Part shown: positions 32,701 through 41,745 of the stretch, piece by piece
How the letters are laid out: each line of letters begins with the position of its first letter
How positions within the stretch are numbered: position 1 is the first letter of the stretch
Assembly: GCA_963752285.1 (NCBI GenBank)
Contig: CAVVXN010000002.1
Location: 455,116 to 519,115, forward strand
DNA: 64,000 bases
Direction: 5' to 3'
From: an uncultured Planctomycetota bacterium
GTDB taxonomy: Bacteria; Planctomycetota; PLA2; JAEUHO01
Position numbers and translations under genes: made by a program
The notes under the pieces: generated by a model
What the model was told of the DNA's origin: nothing
The model's input: only the letters and a program-made list of their open reading frames with translations
Databases searched by the model: none

Positions 32701-34497
32701 GTGGACCCCGGGTCCACGGTCCGCTACGCGCCGTGGCTCCTCGACGCGCTCGTCTTCTACACGGTGGCCGAGAAGCCGCTCGACGGCGAGGCGCTGGTGC
32801 GGGACCTGCGGCACCTCGCGCGCCTGCGCGTCGCCGGCGAGCGTTCCGCCGCCGAGGCGGTCTCGGTCCCGCCCTCCGTGCCGCCCGAGGTCCGCGCGGG
32901 GGTGGACGCGCTGCTCCGGGGCCGGCCCGAGGACGCGGCCGCGAGGTTCCTGTCGGCGCTCCAGGCCGATCGGGCGGTCGCCATGCGCGCGTTCGCGACG
33001 GCCTGGGTGGACCGTCTCGGCTCCGTGTGGCTCGACGACGAGACGCGCAGCCTGACCAGCCTGGACCTCGCGCGGCTCGATCGGCGGGCGCGCCTCGACC
33101 TGGAGGACCTGCTCCGCCGGCCCGACGTCCAGGCGTCGCGGCTCCTCCGTACGCGGCTCGGCATCCTGCTGCTCGCCGCGAGCGCGGACGACGCCGAGCC
33201 GGAGAAGGCGACGCTCCCGTCGCTGCTCGCCGCGTCGGACCTCGCGGACGAGCTCCCGGCCTCCGAGGCGGCGTGGCTCGGCCAGCGGGGCCTCCACGCG
33301 TACGATCCCGCGGAGCCGGACGCCGCCGCGCTCGAGCAGGCGGCGCGTCTGCTCGTCTCGGCGGCCCGGCGTCTCGACGACGACGGCGCGTACCGCATCG
33401 TGACCGACCTCCTGGATGTGTGGCGAGGGCCGAAGGGCGGCCGGTGGTGCCGACGGCTGCTCGAGCGTCTCGCGCAGGCGAAGCCCGACAGCGTGAAGCC
33501 GAGCCTCCCGCTGGAGCTCGCCTTCCACCTCGCGTACCTGCAGTCCCCGGACGACCTGCACGAGGCGCGCGCGCTGCTCGAGACCGAGAGGAAGAAGCTC
33601 GACGCGCCCGTCTTCACCGACGACGACCGCGCGTACCGGCGCGCCGTGCTGGCGTTCGTGGACGCGAAGAGCCTCACGAACCTCGCCGCCGCCGGCGAGG
33701 ACCGGCGCTGGCCCGAGGCCGAGGCGGCGTGGCGGTCGCTCCTCGACGTGAACCAGGGGAGCTTCGCGGAGGAGGCGCACGGCGAGCTCGCCGAGGCGCT
33801 CATCTCGCTCGACCGGGTCGACGACGCCCGGAAGGTGCTCGACGAGGGGCAGGCCCGGTGGCCGAAGAACACGCGCTTCGAGATCCTGCGGCTCCTGGCC
33901 GCTCTCCGCGTGGGAGACACGAACGCCGTCGCGGCCGTCTCGCTCCAGGCGGTCGCGCGGCTGGGCCCGGAGGTGGACGACGCCTGGTACGTCGCGGCCC
34001 TGGGCCAGGTGCTCACCGGTCGGGGACCGGGCGACGGCGCGGTCCGCACGTACTACGAGAAGAAGCACTGGGCGGAAACGTTCGTCTCTCTCCTCGCCCG
34101 GGCGATGCGGAGGGAGCCCCTCGCCGCGGAGGCCGACGCCCGGCTCCGCGCGCGATGGAACGATCTGGAGGCCGAACGCGCGGGATGGCCCGAGCGTCTC
34201 GCGCAGGGCGACCCGAACGTCTGGTCGGATCTCCTGCTCGGCTTCGCGCTGGGGGAGGTGCCGCGCGAGGACGTCTTCCCAGCGCTGGCCGACGACGAGT
34301 CCTTCCGGGCGTCCCCGTACGTCCACCTCGGGGCCGTCCGGCGGGCGTTTTTGTGCGAGGCGCACTTCGCCGACGCGCTCGCGCTCCTGGCGAAGGGCGA
34401 CGCCGCCGCGGCGAAGCAGGCCCTGGAACGGGTGGTCCAGAGCGGGCAGCGGACGTACCTCGACTACACGATCGCGAAGTACCTGCTCTCCCGGTGA
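29761..34497 (+). CDS. 1578-aa STAND-class P-loop NTPase with a wHTH-like segment, one TM helix and a large unassigned/TPR-like C-terminal region
   Basis: ATG at 29761 overlaps the upstream stop (ATGA). PYVGLRPFEREESHLFFGRERD precedes Walker A GQSGLGKSS and Walker B LVLVLDQFEELL. The TM helix is WILATAAIVAAGTWGFWTF. The C-terminal region of ~1100 aa is helical-repeat-rich. Confidence 0.8.
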   Translation: MTDDAMRASDGPVDRASASRGVEEGDDGRAPRIAPREAQPYVGLRPFEREESHLFFGRERDAQILEDKILSARLTVLYAQSGLGKSSLLRALVVPRLEENEALVVEFDAWAQSDPLAALKETLAGEAEGLGVPDAGLGAPTLLELARLIQTATDRSLVLVLDQFEELLVHHGRSIEPLRRELAALVSSRAVDVHVLLSLREEFLGALQPFRQAMLGLFQSTYRLEGLAPDGLRDAIVEPARLSGGACDPGLVEALAKDLRSEAQDETGGEPTGASVELPMLQLVCAELWQAATSVGSRHLTEDLYRARGGAERILADYVRSVMPRRASQRRVVARLLRLLAPPSGLKMAYTEEDLASTTGIGLSRVREVLDRLAAARILRTREDRAGVRYELQHDAFIGVVGPWRDDVLRRAHRRRVATWILATAAIVAAGTWGFWTFRLGQEQKENRLLLDRQRATAEREQARAEQAAVDRWLAGDALDELARGDDAASEGKRGSRLDMLAGYLLWPREGSARIDDLAAVLQRHEDLIPERYGVATAGIDELDLPPREWPLSLAVAPDRKVDAPLFGLEWRRLARLVNQQRGVPTPLRIRVVHDADLSGEDVRLEAAGADPVTFAVARQEGRALLDVPEGGLGEPARGFYERFGAGWPTLSTSSTSRIVPRWTLPVWHVTGYAVESGSAITAYRVLKEALDRADPLLSPAAVEHLLRRAAAVAPRTVAEVRAARGDRLPRDLATWVRRGHALDRPAELFDVLADRVAGSSEEIADAWAEDGVLDTASGAPDLHGPWRGPPPADLGEEPPAYRDTSAWLPVVGQPVRVEAGPDLEPSWFDDDRLRPDLVEAIEAARDESHRRYGIELPGIRFRSEDAPGHVGAGSFRVEVFDEDATSPEAPAVTPEAGAALARLGRALDVRAACWRVHWLTAEVVHDLEAETHPAVAKWLDARYALTDLKVLLRGVLSPDPREVAALRAAEAGDGRLPDPVDPGSTVRYAPWLLDALVFYTVAEKPLDGEALVRDLRHLARLRVAGERSAAEAVSVPPSVPPEVRAGVDALLRGRPEDAAARFLSALQADRAVAMRAFATAWVDRLGSVWLDDETRSLTSLDLARLDRRARLDLEDLLRRPDVQASRLLRTRLGILLLAASADDAEPEKATLPSLLAASDLADELPASEAAWLGQRGLHAYDPAEPDAAALEQAARLLVSAARRLDDDGAYRIVTDLLDVWRGPKGGRWCRRLLERLAQAKPDSVKPSLPLELAFHLAYLQSPDDLHEARALLETERKKLDAPVFTDDDRAYRRAVLAFVDAKSLTNLAAAGEDRRWPEAEAAWRSLLDVNQGSFAEEAHGELAEALISLDRVDDARKVLDEGQARWPKNTRFEILRLLAALRVGDTNAVAAVSLQAVARLGPEVDDAWYVAALGQVLTGRGPGDGAVRTYYEKKHWAETFVSLLARAMRREPLAAEADARLRARWNDLEAERAGWPERLAQGDPNVWSDLLLGFALGEVPREDVFPALADDESFRASPYVHLGAVRRAFLCEAHFADALALLAKGDAAAAKQALERVVQSGQRTYLDYTIAKYLLSR

Positions 34498-34516
34498 GGC
34501 GGCGGCGCGGGGCGGG

Positions 34517-36865
34517 TCACGCGTCCGCAACGGCCGCGAAGACGAAGACCTCGACCGGCGTGCCCTCCTTCGCGCCGACCACGATCAGGTCCACGTCCAT
34601 CGCGGACTCGACCGAGAACGAGAACGCGGGGAAGTGGTCTCCGCTGCTGTCCTCGCCGACGACGCTCCCGTCGCCGGCGTTCACGGCCTTCATGTCGATT
34701 GGCTCGAACCCAGGCGCCACCGCGACCGCGAGATAGGGCCCGTCGTGGGGGAGGGACGCCCGCTCGCGGGCGACGCCCTTCTCGTCGAGCTGGAAGCTCC
34801 CCGAAGCGACGGCCTTCGCCGACCACGACCCGCCCTTCGCGCGGGCGATGTTCTGGAGCCAGTGGTCGAGGAGCCGCCCTCGGATCCGGGCGGGCGTCAT
34901 CGCGCTCAGCGCGGCGCGGTAGAGCTGCCCTCGGATGCGCGTCGCGCCGCCTTCGACCTCGAGCTTGACCTGGAGGTCGCCGGCCGTGTCGGTCTCGAGG
35001 CTCGCCACGCCGAGCCACGGCGCGAGCCGCGTCGGCGCCACGGGCACGGGGTTCCCCGAGGCGGGCGCGAATTGGATGTCCATCCCGATCTCGCGCCGGC
35101 GGTCCGCGTCCACGATGGCGAGGTACCGGCCCGGGCTGTCGAGCCGGAGCACGAGTGGGGCGTCCGGCGCCTGCTTGCCCGGAGGCACGGGCGCCTCGAG
35201 CTCGCTCTGCTTCGCCCACGCGACCGTCTGCGTCATGTTCGAGCCGCTCTCGATCTCGTGGACCGCCTTCGCGAGGACCTGTTCCACGTCGAGGTCGCGT
35301 TGGAGGAGGTGGCCCGAGGCGTAGAGCGTCTGGATGCGCGACTCCCACGCGGTCTCGCGCCCCGCCTGCTTCGCGTCGGCCGTGTCCTTCAGCAGCTCGT
35401 TCACGAGATCCGCACGCTGGCCGTAGTTCACGCCGACCCCGGTCGAGATGCGGGGGCCGCCGCCGATCTGCAACACGTTGCCTGCGCTGAGGACCGCGAT
35501 CACCCGGCCCTGCGCGTCGATCATCGGGCTCCCGCTCGCGCCGCCGGCGGCCGGGCAGCTGTGCTGGATCAGGAGGTTGTCCGCGCGCGCCTCCGCCGAC
35601 TCGCCGTGCGCGCCGAAGTAGTCGGTCATGGCCGTGACCGAGCCGATCTGCGTCTGCGCGGTCGGCTGGTGGAGCGGCGTCCCCCCGAACGCCACGCCCT
35701 CCATCGGGTATCCGATGTAGCCCACGGCGTCGCCCGCGTCGAGCCGGCAAAGCGCCACGTCGGACTCGATCGGGAGGGGCGGCGCGAGGCCCTCGAAGGG
35801 GGCCTTCAGGTGGAGCAGCCCGACGTCGCACGCGCCGCCGGGGAACCGGATCGTGTTCGCGTTCTTGGCGTCCGTTCCCTCCACGGGCACGTAGCCCTCC
35901 CACACGTGCTCGAACGCCGCGTAGCCGGGGTGGACGATCACGGAGTCCACCACGTACGTCCGCGGCGTCTCCGCGTTCGAGCGCACGAGCATGCGCACGC
36001 CGGGTGCGAGCTGGCCGAAGACCTCGGCGACGTGGGCGTTCGTCGCCAGGGTCCCGTCCGAGACCACCCAGGCGGTCCCCAGGCCGTTCTCGAATCCCTC
36101 GGCGTTCTCCAGCAGGACGAGGTAGACGGACGGCCGCGCCTTTCGCAGCGCCTCCTCGATGCGGTCCTTGTTCGCGGCGAGCTCCTCCTCGACCGCGTGG
36201 AACTTCTGCGTCATCGACCCGACCGTCTCGGTCAGGTTCCCGAGGTCGCCGCCGACCGCGCTCAGGTCGTTTTGGACGTGCGTGATCTCGTCGTGCATGG
36301 AGCCGAGCGAGCTCCGGACGTCGGCGATCGCGTGGCCTTCCTCGGCGAGACGACGCGTGACCGCGTCCTCGGCCGTGTCGATCCGCTCCGACTGCCGGAG
36401 GAGCGCGCGGAGGCCCACGGCCGCCGCCCCGAGGACGACCACGAGCACCCCGAAGAGGAGCCAGCGGGTGCGGCCGGTCGCGGCGACGGCCTGGTGGAGG
36501 ACCGTGGCCTGTCCCGCGCGGTGGCCCTGCCGGATCGTGGGCGACAGGTCCTCGCGCTCCACGCGTCGGACCACCACGCGCGGCCCGTCCGGCCCGAGCC
36601 GGAGCTCGCACTGCTCCGGTAGCTCCTGGTCGTCGTACGCCGGCTTCCCGTCCACGAGGACCAGGTTGTCGCCGTTGAGCACGACGCGGTAGCGGCCGAG
36701 CACGCGCCGCAACGCCACGTGCTCGCGACCCACCACCGTCTGGTCGCCGGGAAACACGACCTGACAGCGATCCGGGTCGCGGCCGAAGACGATCTCCTCC
36801 TGGTCGTCGCCGAACGACCGGCTCGCCTCCGCGCTGTCGTCCCGAACGCGCACCACGAGCCCCAT
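34517..36865 (-). CDS. FHA domain - TM - coiled coil - trypsin-like serine protease - unknown C-terminal domain (782 aa)
   Basis: Track ORF. The FHA domain reads EIVFGRDPDRCQVVFPGDQTVVGREHVALRRVLGRYRVVLNGDNLVLVDG. The TM helix is WLLFGVLVVVLGAAAVGL. Protease triad contexts are ATNAHVA, DVGLLHL and GGASGSPMID. Confidence 0.85.
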   Translation of the reverse strand: MGLVVRVRDDSAEASRSFGDDQEEIVFGRDPDRCQVVFPGDQTVVGREHVALRRVLGRYRVVLNGDNLVLVDGKPAYDDQELPEQCELRLGPDGPRVVVRRVEREDLSPTIRQGHRAGQATVLHQAVAATGRTRWLLFGVLVVVLGAAAVGLRALLRQSERIDTAEDAVTRRLAEEGHAIADVRSSLGSMHDEITHVQNDLSAVGGDLGNLTETVGSMTQKFHAVEEELAANKDRIEEALRKARPSVYLVLLENAEGFENGLGTAWVVSDGTLATNAHVAEVFGQLAPGVRMLVRSNAETPRTYVVDSVIVHPGYAAFEHVWEGYVPVEGTDAKNANTIRFPGGACDVGLLHLKAPFEGLAPPLPIESDVALCRLDAGDAVGYIGYPMEGVAFGGTPLHQPTAQTQIGSVTAMTDYFGAHGESAEARADNLLIQHSCPAAGGASGSPMIDAQGRVIAVLSAGNVLQIGGGPRISTGVGVNYGQRADLVNELLKDTADAKQAGRETAWESRIQTLYASGHLLQRDLDVEQVLAKAVHEIESGSNMTQTVAWAKQSELEAPVPPGKQAPDAPLVLRLDSPGRYLAIVDADRRREIGMDIQFAPASGNPVPVAPTRLAPWLGVASLETDTAGDLQVKLEVEGGATRIRGQLYRAALSAMTPARIRGRLLDHWLQNIARAKGGSWSAKAVASGSFQLDEKGVARERASLPHDGPYLAVAVAPGFEPIDMKAVNAGDGSVVGEDSSGDHFPAFSFSVESAMDVDLIVVGAKEGTPVEVFVFAAVADA

Positions 36866-36951
36866 GTCGCACCCTCCCGGCCTCGGCCGGCCACGCTACC
36901 AGGGTCGGACCGGGCCGGGCGCCGGCCGGCGCCTGCGCGCGTCCGCCCGGG

Positions 36952-38190
36952 TCACCCCGCGTCCAGCCACGCGTCGATGCGCTCGGTCCGCCCCGCGGCG
37001 GCGAGGATCCGGTCGGCCTGCGCCCGGGTGCCCGAGATGTCGTCCTTCCGCGCGGCGTACGTCCGAAACGCGCGCTGGTAGTGCCGGGCCGCCGCCGCCG
37101 GCTCGCCCGCGAGGAGCAGCGCCTCGGCGCGCATCACCTGCGTGTAGTAGGGGAGGCGCGACGTGTCCACGCCGCCGCGCTCCAGGGTCGCCTCCCGCGC
37201 ATCGAGCAGCGCGCGGACCTCGCCGGCCAGCGCCTCCGCGGCGTCCGTCCGGCCGAGCAGGAGCGCCGTCGTCGCGGCGTTGATCCCGAGGTACGCGTTC
37301 TCCCGGCCCGAGCCGCGCCAGGCGTCCCGGTAGATCCGGTGCGCGCGCTCGAGCGCCGGCGTCCCATCCTCGGCCAGGCCCACGCGCTTCAACGCCCCGG
37401 CGAGGATCCCCGCCGTCTCGTCGTCCGTCGGCTGGCGCCGGCGGAGGGGCTCGAGCCGTCGGATCGCCTCGGCGGGGTCTCCGCGACGGCTCGCGAGGAA
37501 CGCGGCGAGCTGGACGAGGCGCACGTCGGAGGGCGCGTCGGCGAGGCCGCGCGCGAGGAGGGCGTCCGCGTCCTCGAGAGCGCCGCGGCGGATCTCGAGC
37601 TCCGCGCCGAGCGCGAGGAGCGCGGCGCCGCCGGGGTGCGCCGCGCGGCCGGGCGCCGAGAGCGCCGCCCGTGCCGGGGCCGGGAGCGGACGGCCCTCGC
37701 GCGCGAGGTCGCGCAGGGCGTCGAGGAGCGACCCCGTGCCGCCGGGCGTCCGCGGGGGCCACGGTCCGCCGTCCATGGTGAGCGAGGCGAGCGCGGGCCC
37801 CCCGGCGCGCCGCCGGAAGAACCAGTCGAGCCACGCGCCGAGGAGGTGCCCGACGATTTCCGCGTCCTCGGGCTCCGGCGCGTACCCCACGTGCCGGACG
37901 GCGTTCCCGAGGCGCCGCACGGTGTGGCCCACGGTCACGTCGAGCTCGTCGAGGAGGCCCATGTCCTCGAGGTTCACCAACGTGCCGTAGCAGCTGGTCC
38001 CCGGCTCGATCCCGAGGGCGGCGACGGCGGCGCTCGCGAGCGCCTCGACGACGCGGGCCGCGTAGAGCACCGCCGCCTCGGGTGCGTCCACGCCGCGCAC
38101 GGCCTCCAGCCGCTCGAGGTCCCGCGCGAGCCGAAACGGTCCCGACGCGAACGCGAGGACCTCGGGGCGGAGCCGTCCGACCTCGCTCAC
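36952..38190 (-). CDS. DUF4145-like N-terminal domain plus TPR-like helical repeat protein
   Basis: GTG at 38190 overlaps the kinase stop (GTGA) within ORF 36952..38424. AAVLYAARVVEALAS...GHTVRRLGNAVRHVGY...DAEIVGHLLGAWLDWFF matches the DUF4145 pattern. The C-terminal half is TPR-like. Confidence 0.65.
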   Translation of the reverse strand: MSEVGRLRPEVLAFASGPFRLARDLERLEAVRGVDAPEAAVLYAARVVEALASAAVAALGIEPGTSCYGTLVNLEDMGLLDELDVTVGHTVRRLGNAVRHVGYAPEPEDAEIVGHLLGAWLDWFFRRRAGGPALASLTMDGGPWPPRTPGGTGSLLDALRDLAREGRPLPAPARAALSAPGRAAHPGGAALLALGAELEIRRGALEDADALLARGLADAPSDVRLVQLAAFLASRRGDPAEAIRRLEPLRRRQPTDDETAGILAGALKRVGLAEDGTPALERAHRIYRDAWRGSGRENAYLGINAATTALLLGRTDAAEALAGEVRALLDAREATLERGGVDTSRLPYYTQVMRAEALLLAGEPAAAARHYQRAFRTYAARKDDISGTRAQADRILAAAGRTERIDAWLDAG

Positions 38191-40220
38191 GACGCGTCCG
38201 CCCCCAGGTCGGCGAGGATCGCGTCGAGGCGCCTCGCGACCTCGTGCGCCGACGGCCGGCGGCGCGGCGACTTCGCGAGCATCTCGTCGAGCAGACGGAC
38301 GAGGCCGTCGGGCAGCCCGCGCCGGAGCTCCCGAACGGGCATGGGCGTCGTCTCCCGGATCGCGCGGGCCGCGGCCTCGACGTCGTGCGACGGCAGGTGG
38401 AGGGGGAGGAGGCCGGTCAGCCACTCGTAGAGGACCACGCCGAGCGCGTACACGTCCGCGCGCGCGCCGACGCCCTTGCCCGCCGCCTGCTCCGGCGCCA
38501 TCGTGGCCAGCGTTCCGACGACCGCCTGGCGGTCGAACGCGTTCGGGTCACGGGGCAGGTACGCGACGCCCATGTCGATCAAGACGGGACGGCCCGCCGG
38601 CGTGACGATCACGTTGGCCGGCTTCACGTCGCGATGCACGACCCCGGCGTCGTGGAGGGCCTGGAGCGCGTCCGCGACGTCGCGCACCGTCTCGATCACG
38701 AGCCCGAGGGGCGCGCTCGCGTCGGTGGGCATCGCCGACCGGAGCGAGCGTCCCGGAACGTAGTCCTCGACGATGTACGTCCGGCCGCCCCGGTCCGTGC
38801 CGATGGCGCGCACGCGCGCGACGCCCGGATGCCGCACCCGCGAGGCCGCCTCGAGCTCCACGCGGATCGAGCGGAGTCGCGCGCGCCGCTCCTCCGGGTC
38901 GTAGAGGTCCTCGAGGCGGAGGACCTTCAGGGCCACCTCCTCGCCGCGCCGGACGTCGAGGGCGAGGTGCACCTCGCCGAAGCTCCCCTCGCCGAGCTTC
39001 GAGAGCAGCGTGTACGCCTGGTCCGGCCCGGGAACGGGGCGAGCCAGGTCGAGGCGCCCCTCCTCGACCTCGGCGCCCGGAGGGAGGTCGAGACCCTCCA
39101 TCGCCTCGCGAATCGGGGCCAGGTGCCGGTGGAGCCCCGCCTCGCGCGCCAACGCGAGCGCGCGGGCGAGGCTCGCGTGCGCGTCCCCTCTCCGCCCGCG
39201 CCGCACGAGCTCGGTGGCGAGGTCCAGGAGGACGGGCACCTCGGCGTCGGGGGTCGAGAGCCGCTCGAGCGCGCGCGCGGACCGGATCAGGGCGTCGGCG
39301 GCCGAGGCGTCGCCCTTCGCGGCGAGAACGAGCCCCTCCGCGTGCGTCAGGAGCGCGCGTGCGAAAGGGTCGTCGCGGCCTTCGAGGAGGCGTCGCCCCT
39401 CGGCCACGGCCGCCTCGGCCCGGGCGCGACGGTCGGGATCGTCGCGCGCGCCCTCCCCGGAGAGGAGCGCGAGCGCCGTGTCCTTCGCGGCGAACGCGAG
39501 GACGTCGTCGAACCCGCCCGCCGTGGCCACCACCCGGCACGCCTCGAGCGACTCGATCGCCTGGTCGGCGGCGCCGAGGGCCATGTGCGCGCGCGCGATG
39601 TCGTTTTGCATCCGGGCCTCGCCACGCCGGTCGCCGAGCGCGCGCGACATCTCGAGGTCGAGCCGGAAGCAGTGGAGCGCTTCGCGGGCCCGACCCGCGC
39701 TGAGGAGCAGCCGGCCCAGGTTCCCGAGCGTGATGGCCACGCCGGCGCGGTCGTCCGAGATCGACTTCTGCGCGATCGCCAGCGCGTAGTAGCCCGACGC
39801 CGGCTCGAGCTGGCCGTCGAATGCGTACGCCATGCCGAGCGAGTCGTAGACCTCCGCCTCGCGCCGCGACTCGCCGTGGGCCTCGTACACCTCGAGCGCG
39901 CGGAGGAGGCTCTGTACGGCCGGGCCGGTCCGCGCCGCGCGCGCGAGGACGACGCCCCTCACGTGCTCGGCGCGCGCCTCGATCTCGCTTCCGCGCGGCA
40001 CGCGGCCGAGGACCGCCTCGAGCGCGTCGAGGACGGCCCCGTGCGGCCGGCCGGCGCGCGCGTCGAGGAGGAGGAGCTCGATCTCGACCGCGTCGGGACG
40101 CGCGCCCCGGACCGCCTCGAAGGCCTCCCGCGCCGCGCGGTCCTCGCCCCGTTCGGCGAGCGCCACCGCGCGCGCGAAGCCCGCGTGCGCGGACGGGGCT
40201 GCGGGCGCGGTGTCCTCCAC
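38187..40220 (-). CDS. TPR-repeat / Hanks-type Ser/Thr protein kinase
   Basis: Track ORF with a GTG start. The N-terminal ~390 aa are TPR-like. Kinase motifs are GEGSFGEV, VALK, HRDVKPANV, DMG (a DFG variant) and TLATMAPE. Confidence 0.85.
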   Translation of the reverse strand: MEDTAPAAPSAHAGFARAVALAERGEDRAAREAFEAVRGARPDAVEIELLLLDARAGRPHGAVLDALEAVLGRVPRGSEIEARAEHVRGVVLARAARTGPAVQSLLRALEVYEAHGESRREAEVYDSLGMAYAFDGQLEPASGYYALAIAQKSISDDRAGVAITLGNLGRLLLSAGRAREALHCFRLDLEMSRALGDRRGEARMQNDIARAHMALGAADQAIESLEACRVVATAGGFDDVLAFAAKDTALALLSGEGARDDPDRRARAEAAVAEGRRLLEGRDDPFARALLTHAEGLVLAAKGDASAADALIRSARALERLSTPDAEVPVLLDLATELVRRGRRGDAHASLARALALAREAGLHRHLAPIREAMEGLDLPPGAEVEEGRLDLARPVPGPDQAYTLLSKLGEGSFGEVHLALDVRRGEEVALKVLRLEDLYDPEERRARLRSIRVELEAASRVRHPGVARVRAIGTDRGGRTYIVEDYVPGRSLRSAMPTDASAPLGLVIETVRDVADALQALHDAGVVHRDVKPANVIVTPAGRPVLIDMGVAYLPRDPNAFDRQAVVGTLATMAPEQAAGKGVGARADVYALGVVLYEWLTGLLPLHLPSHDVEAAARAIRETTPMPVRELRRGLPDGLVRLLDEMLAKSPRRRPSAHEVARRLDAILADLGADAS

Positions 40221-40323
40221 GGCGGTCCTCCCTCGGGGACCGCGGATTGTATCGGCCGTGCTCCCGCGCCGGCCTGCGGGAGCCTCGTCCGTGCCCGCTC
40301 GGCGGTCGCGCCCTGTCGCGCCC

Positions 40324-41469
40324 TCAGCGCGAGCGCGTCGAGACCGGCGAGAAGCCTCCGCCCTGGTGTCCGGGGCCGAGGTCGATGCCGAAGATCACGT
40401 ACATCTCGAGGTCGGGGGCGTCGCCCGTCAGCCCGAAGAGCGGGACGACGTCGAGGTGCGTGTTCCGCCAGGGCCGCCACTGGAGGCTCGGCCCGAGCAG
40501 CACCTCCTGTGCCGGGTCGCTGCGCGCGCCCTCGACGGTCGCGCGCTCGTACTGGAGCTCGACACCGAGCGAGAGCTTCTGGTCGAGGATCGCGCGGCCC
40601 GCGGCCACGCTCACGCCCATCTCCTCCGCGAGCTCCCCGCTCGTCTCGCGCTCGAAGAAGAGGTTCGCGCCGAGGTGCCAGTAGCAGCCCACGTCTTGTG
40701 CGAGGAGGAGCTTCGCCTCCCAGGCGTCGGGTGCGTCGTGCGTGTTGAACTTCCACTCGCCGTAGAGGGTGGGGTTGAGGGGGAGGCGCCCCCACGCGGC
40801 CAGCGCCCACCGGACCTCGACCTGCGTTCCCTCGTAGATCGTCGGCCCACCGGGACCGTGCGCGACGTTGCCGTAGAGGTCGAGCTGCAACCGATAGGGG
40901 AGACCGATGCCGACCTCCTCCTGGAACAGGTGGTCGGGCTTCTCGCCCTTGCTCATCTTCCCCTTCCACCACGTCTCGAGCTCGACCTGCCCCGGCGCGA
41001 GGACGTAGGACCGCGTCGTCGCGAAGCGCCGCTGGGTCGTCCACTCGGGCTGCAGGTTCGGGCCGACGCGATCGGCCTCGGAGAACGCCGTCCTCCGGGA
41101 GCGGTACACGCCGCCCGGACCCGGCACGCCGGCGTAGCCCGTGCCGTTCGGGGGACGCACCACCACCTCGGGCAGGCGGCGCACGTCCGCGCCACCGGCG
41201 GGCCCGGCCGGCGGCGTCCCGCCCGCGGGGTCGTCCACGAGGACGAACCGGGTCGCGGCGGCGACGGCCGAGCGGGCGAGACGGGGCGGGCCGCCGGCGT
41301 CGGGGGCCGGGGCCGCGGCCCCCCACGGCGGTGCCCCGGGCTGCGACGCCGCGGGCTGCGGCGCGGGGGCCGCGGCACGCTCCCCGGCGTGCAGGACCGG
41401 CGAGGAGAGCGCGAGCGTCAGGACGACGGCGGCGACGGGGACGGTGAGGCGGATCGTACGGGTTCGCAT
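40324..41469 (-). CDS. Secreted protein with a beta-barrel-like C-terminal half (OM protein candidate)
   Basis: In-frame ATG at 41469 (RBS GGAGGA) of ORF 40324..41664. Signal peptide is VAAVVLTLALSSPVLHA, followed by an Ala/Pro-rich linker. Alternating strands follow (YRLQLDLYGNV, QVEVRWALA, WEAKLLLAQDV, LSLGVELQYE). Confidence 0.6.
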   Translation of the reverse strand: MRTRTIRLTVPVAAVVLTLALSSPVLHAGERAAAPAPQPAASQPGAPPWGAAAPAPDAGGPPRLARSAVAAATRFVLVDDPAGGTPPAGPAGGADVRRLPEVVVRPPNGTGYAGVPGPGGVYRSRRTAFSEADRVGPNLQPEWTTQRRFATTRSYVLAPGQVELETWWKGKMSKGEKPDHLFQEEVGIGLPYRLQLDLYGNVAHGPGGPTIYEGTQVEVRWALAAWGRLPLNPTLYGEWKFNTHDAPDAWEAKLLLAQDVGCYWHLGANLFFERETSGELAEEMGVSVAAGRAILDQKLSLGVELQYERATVEGARSDPAQEVLLGPSLQWRPWRNTHLDVVPLFGLTGDAPDLEMYVIFGIDLGPGHQGGGFSPVSTRSR

Positions 41470-41745
41470 GACGAGGCGTCCTCCCGGGAGGGCCCGATCG
41501 GGGGTGGGAAGTCCGCCCACCCGGCACGCCGACCTGCCTCCCCGGCGGGGGAACGGACGGACCCCCGCTCGGGTTCGGGCCGACGCCGAGACCGGAAGGG
41601 TTCCCGAGGCCGCGACCTTCCCCGGACCCCGCCGGCTCGTCCGGAGGGAGAATGCACGGCCCACGGCGGGAGGGGCCTCACCCCCCAGGGACCCGTGGCG
41701 AGGAGTTGTTCACCATGCACCGGTTCCGTATGCACCCTGTTCCGT

